Translations under genes and position numbers: made by a program
Shown here: positions 62,805-64,000 of the stretch, piece after piece
Layout of the letters: the number at the start of each line of letters is the position of its first letter
How positions within the stretch are numbered: position 1 is the first letter of the stretch
Assembly (NCBI GenBank): GCA_043228905.1
Contig: JBHGNT010000009.1
Span: forward strand, 9,238,001 to 9,302,000
DNA length: 64,000 nt
DNA from: Azolla caroliniana
Taxonomy: Eukaryota > Plantae > Polypodiophyta
Direction: 5' to 3'
The notes under the pieces: model-generated
What the model was told of the DNA's origin: nothing
What the model saw: only the letters and a program-made list of their open reading frames with translations
Database searches by the model: none

Positions 62805-64000
62805 CAAAAGACTCTTTTTATTCCAATAGACAAGAATACAACACCCAACCTCACAAAAAGGTTACAAGGTCACTATATATAGTGACCGACTTAGGGCAAC
62901 TACCCTTTATGCTAATTACACAAATGGCCCAAACTTGAGCTATACAAAGGGATAGTGTGAATACGTCCATTATACACTTGTATTCGACACTCCCCCGTAA
63001 TGGGCGTATACATGGGTTATCTAAGATTACAGGTATAAACCTAGGTTCTCGGACATATCAGTTTTTGTTCGAGTCGGCAGGGTCCGAAGGCAGAAGACCA
63101 AACTGGTCGGGTCGGAAGAGTTGAAGCCGATCATTAAGGAACTGATGTCGGTTGTCGGAGACCATCCTGCGCTATGTCCGGCTCTAACCGGACTGGTTTG
63201 TCGTTACGCCCATCTGATGCCGAAGAGACCGAAAACGGTCTGCCGAAAGACACTTGGGCATTCCATCTGCGACATTGTCGGTTGTGGATATTTTCTCTAG
63301 ACCGATTTTCCCTGAAATGACGCAGTCCCGAACGAAGTGATATCGAACATCGATATGTTTGGAGGCGTTGTGGTGAACCGGATTTTTCGACAAGGCAACA
63401 ACACCTTGACTGTCGCTGTAGACAACTGGAGCCGAGTCATGGTCGACTTGTCGAAACGTGTGCGCCAACCGACCGAGCCACAAAGCTTCTTTTGCTGCGT
63501 CGGACGCAGCTACATATTCTGCTTCGGTCGTTGAGGTCGCTGTGCACTCCTGAAGTTTCGACTTCCACGAGATTGCTCCATTGCCGAATTTGAAGCAGTA
63601 TCCGGTTGTTGATTTCCGACTCTCTATACAGCCGGCGAAATCCGAGTCGGTGTAACCGACTACGCCTGAGGTTCGGTTCGGACCGAAAAGAATGCCGTGG
63701 TCTTTTGTGCCAGCCAGATATCTGAACACATGCTTGACTGCGTTCCAATGCGATCGGCCAGGATTGTGCATAAATCTGCTAACGACTCCTACGGCATGAG
63801 AGATATCAGGCCGTGTCGCGACCATCAGGTACATAAGGGAGCCGACTGCCGGTGCATATGGTACCGACTTCATATCTTCCCCCTCCGGACCGGATGTCGG
63901 GCAGTCTCGCTGAGAGAGCCGAAGATTCATGGGGAGCGGGGTTGAAGCAGATTTGGCTGATTGCATGTTGAAGCGTTCCAAGACACGTCCGATATAGTCG
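62680..64000 (-). mobile_element. Ty1/copia 3' end (RT/RNase H, PPT, 3' LTR ~62989-62680), running off the right edge
   Basis: ORF ending at 63184 with VGSLMYLMVATRPDI, YTDSDFAG, STTEAEY, KHIDVRYHFVRD; PPT cgggggag then tgtcga at 62989; the LTR contains (CT)n. Confidence 0.88.

Overview
Land-plant nuclear DNA. The Tcn1-like chromoviruses, tRNA-Trp-primed non-chromoviral Ty3/gypsy elements and RTEX-like LINEs suggest a non-seed plant such as a fern (inference). The first ~24 kb is a gene island. It holds the 5' end of a minus-strand gene with a mitochondrial-presequence-like N-terminus (ATG at 105), a 4-exon very-long-chain enoyl-CoA reductase (ECR/CER10, 309 aa), an intronless 760-aa SpoU/MRM1-type rRNA methyltransferase, and a 2-exon LEA_2/NDR1-HIN1-like gene whose 6.6-kb intron is filled with retroelements. 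From ~24.4 kb to the end is a nest of L1 and RTEX-like LINEs, Ty3/gypsy and Ty1/copia elements and solo LTRs; it includes one structurally complete copia with a 5-bp TSD (51768-57447). Most notable observations: (1) several Ty3/gypsy LTR families carry tRNA-like RNA polymerase III A-box/B-box cassettes at conserved LTR positions; (2) the polypurine tracts of four LTR families lie in the loop of an inverted repeat; (3) a candidate programmed -1 frameshift sits after the protease of a gypsy element; (4) RTEX-like LINEs are chained through their (TC)n/(TTTC)n tails. All calls were read by eye without database searches, and the boundaries of degenerate elements are approximate.
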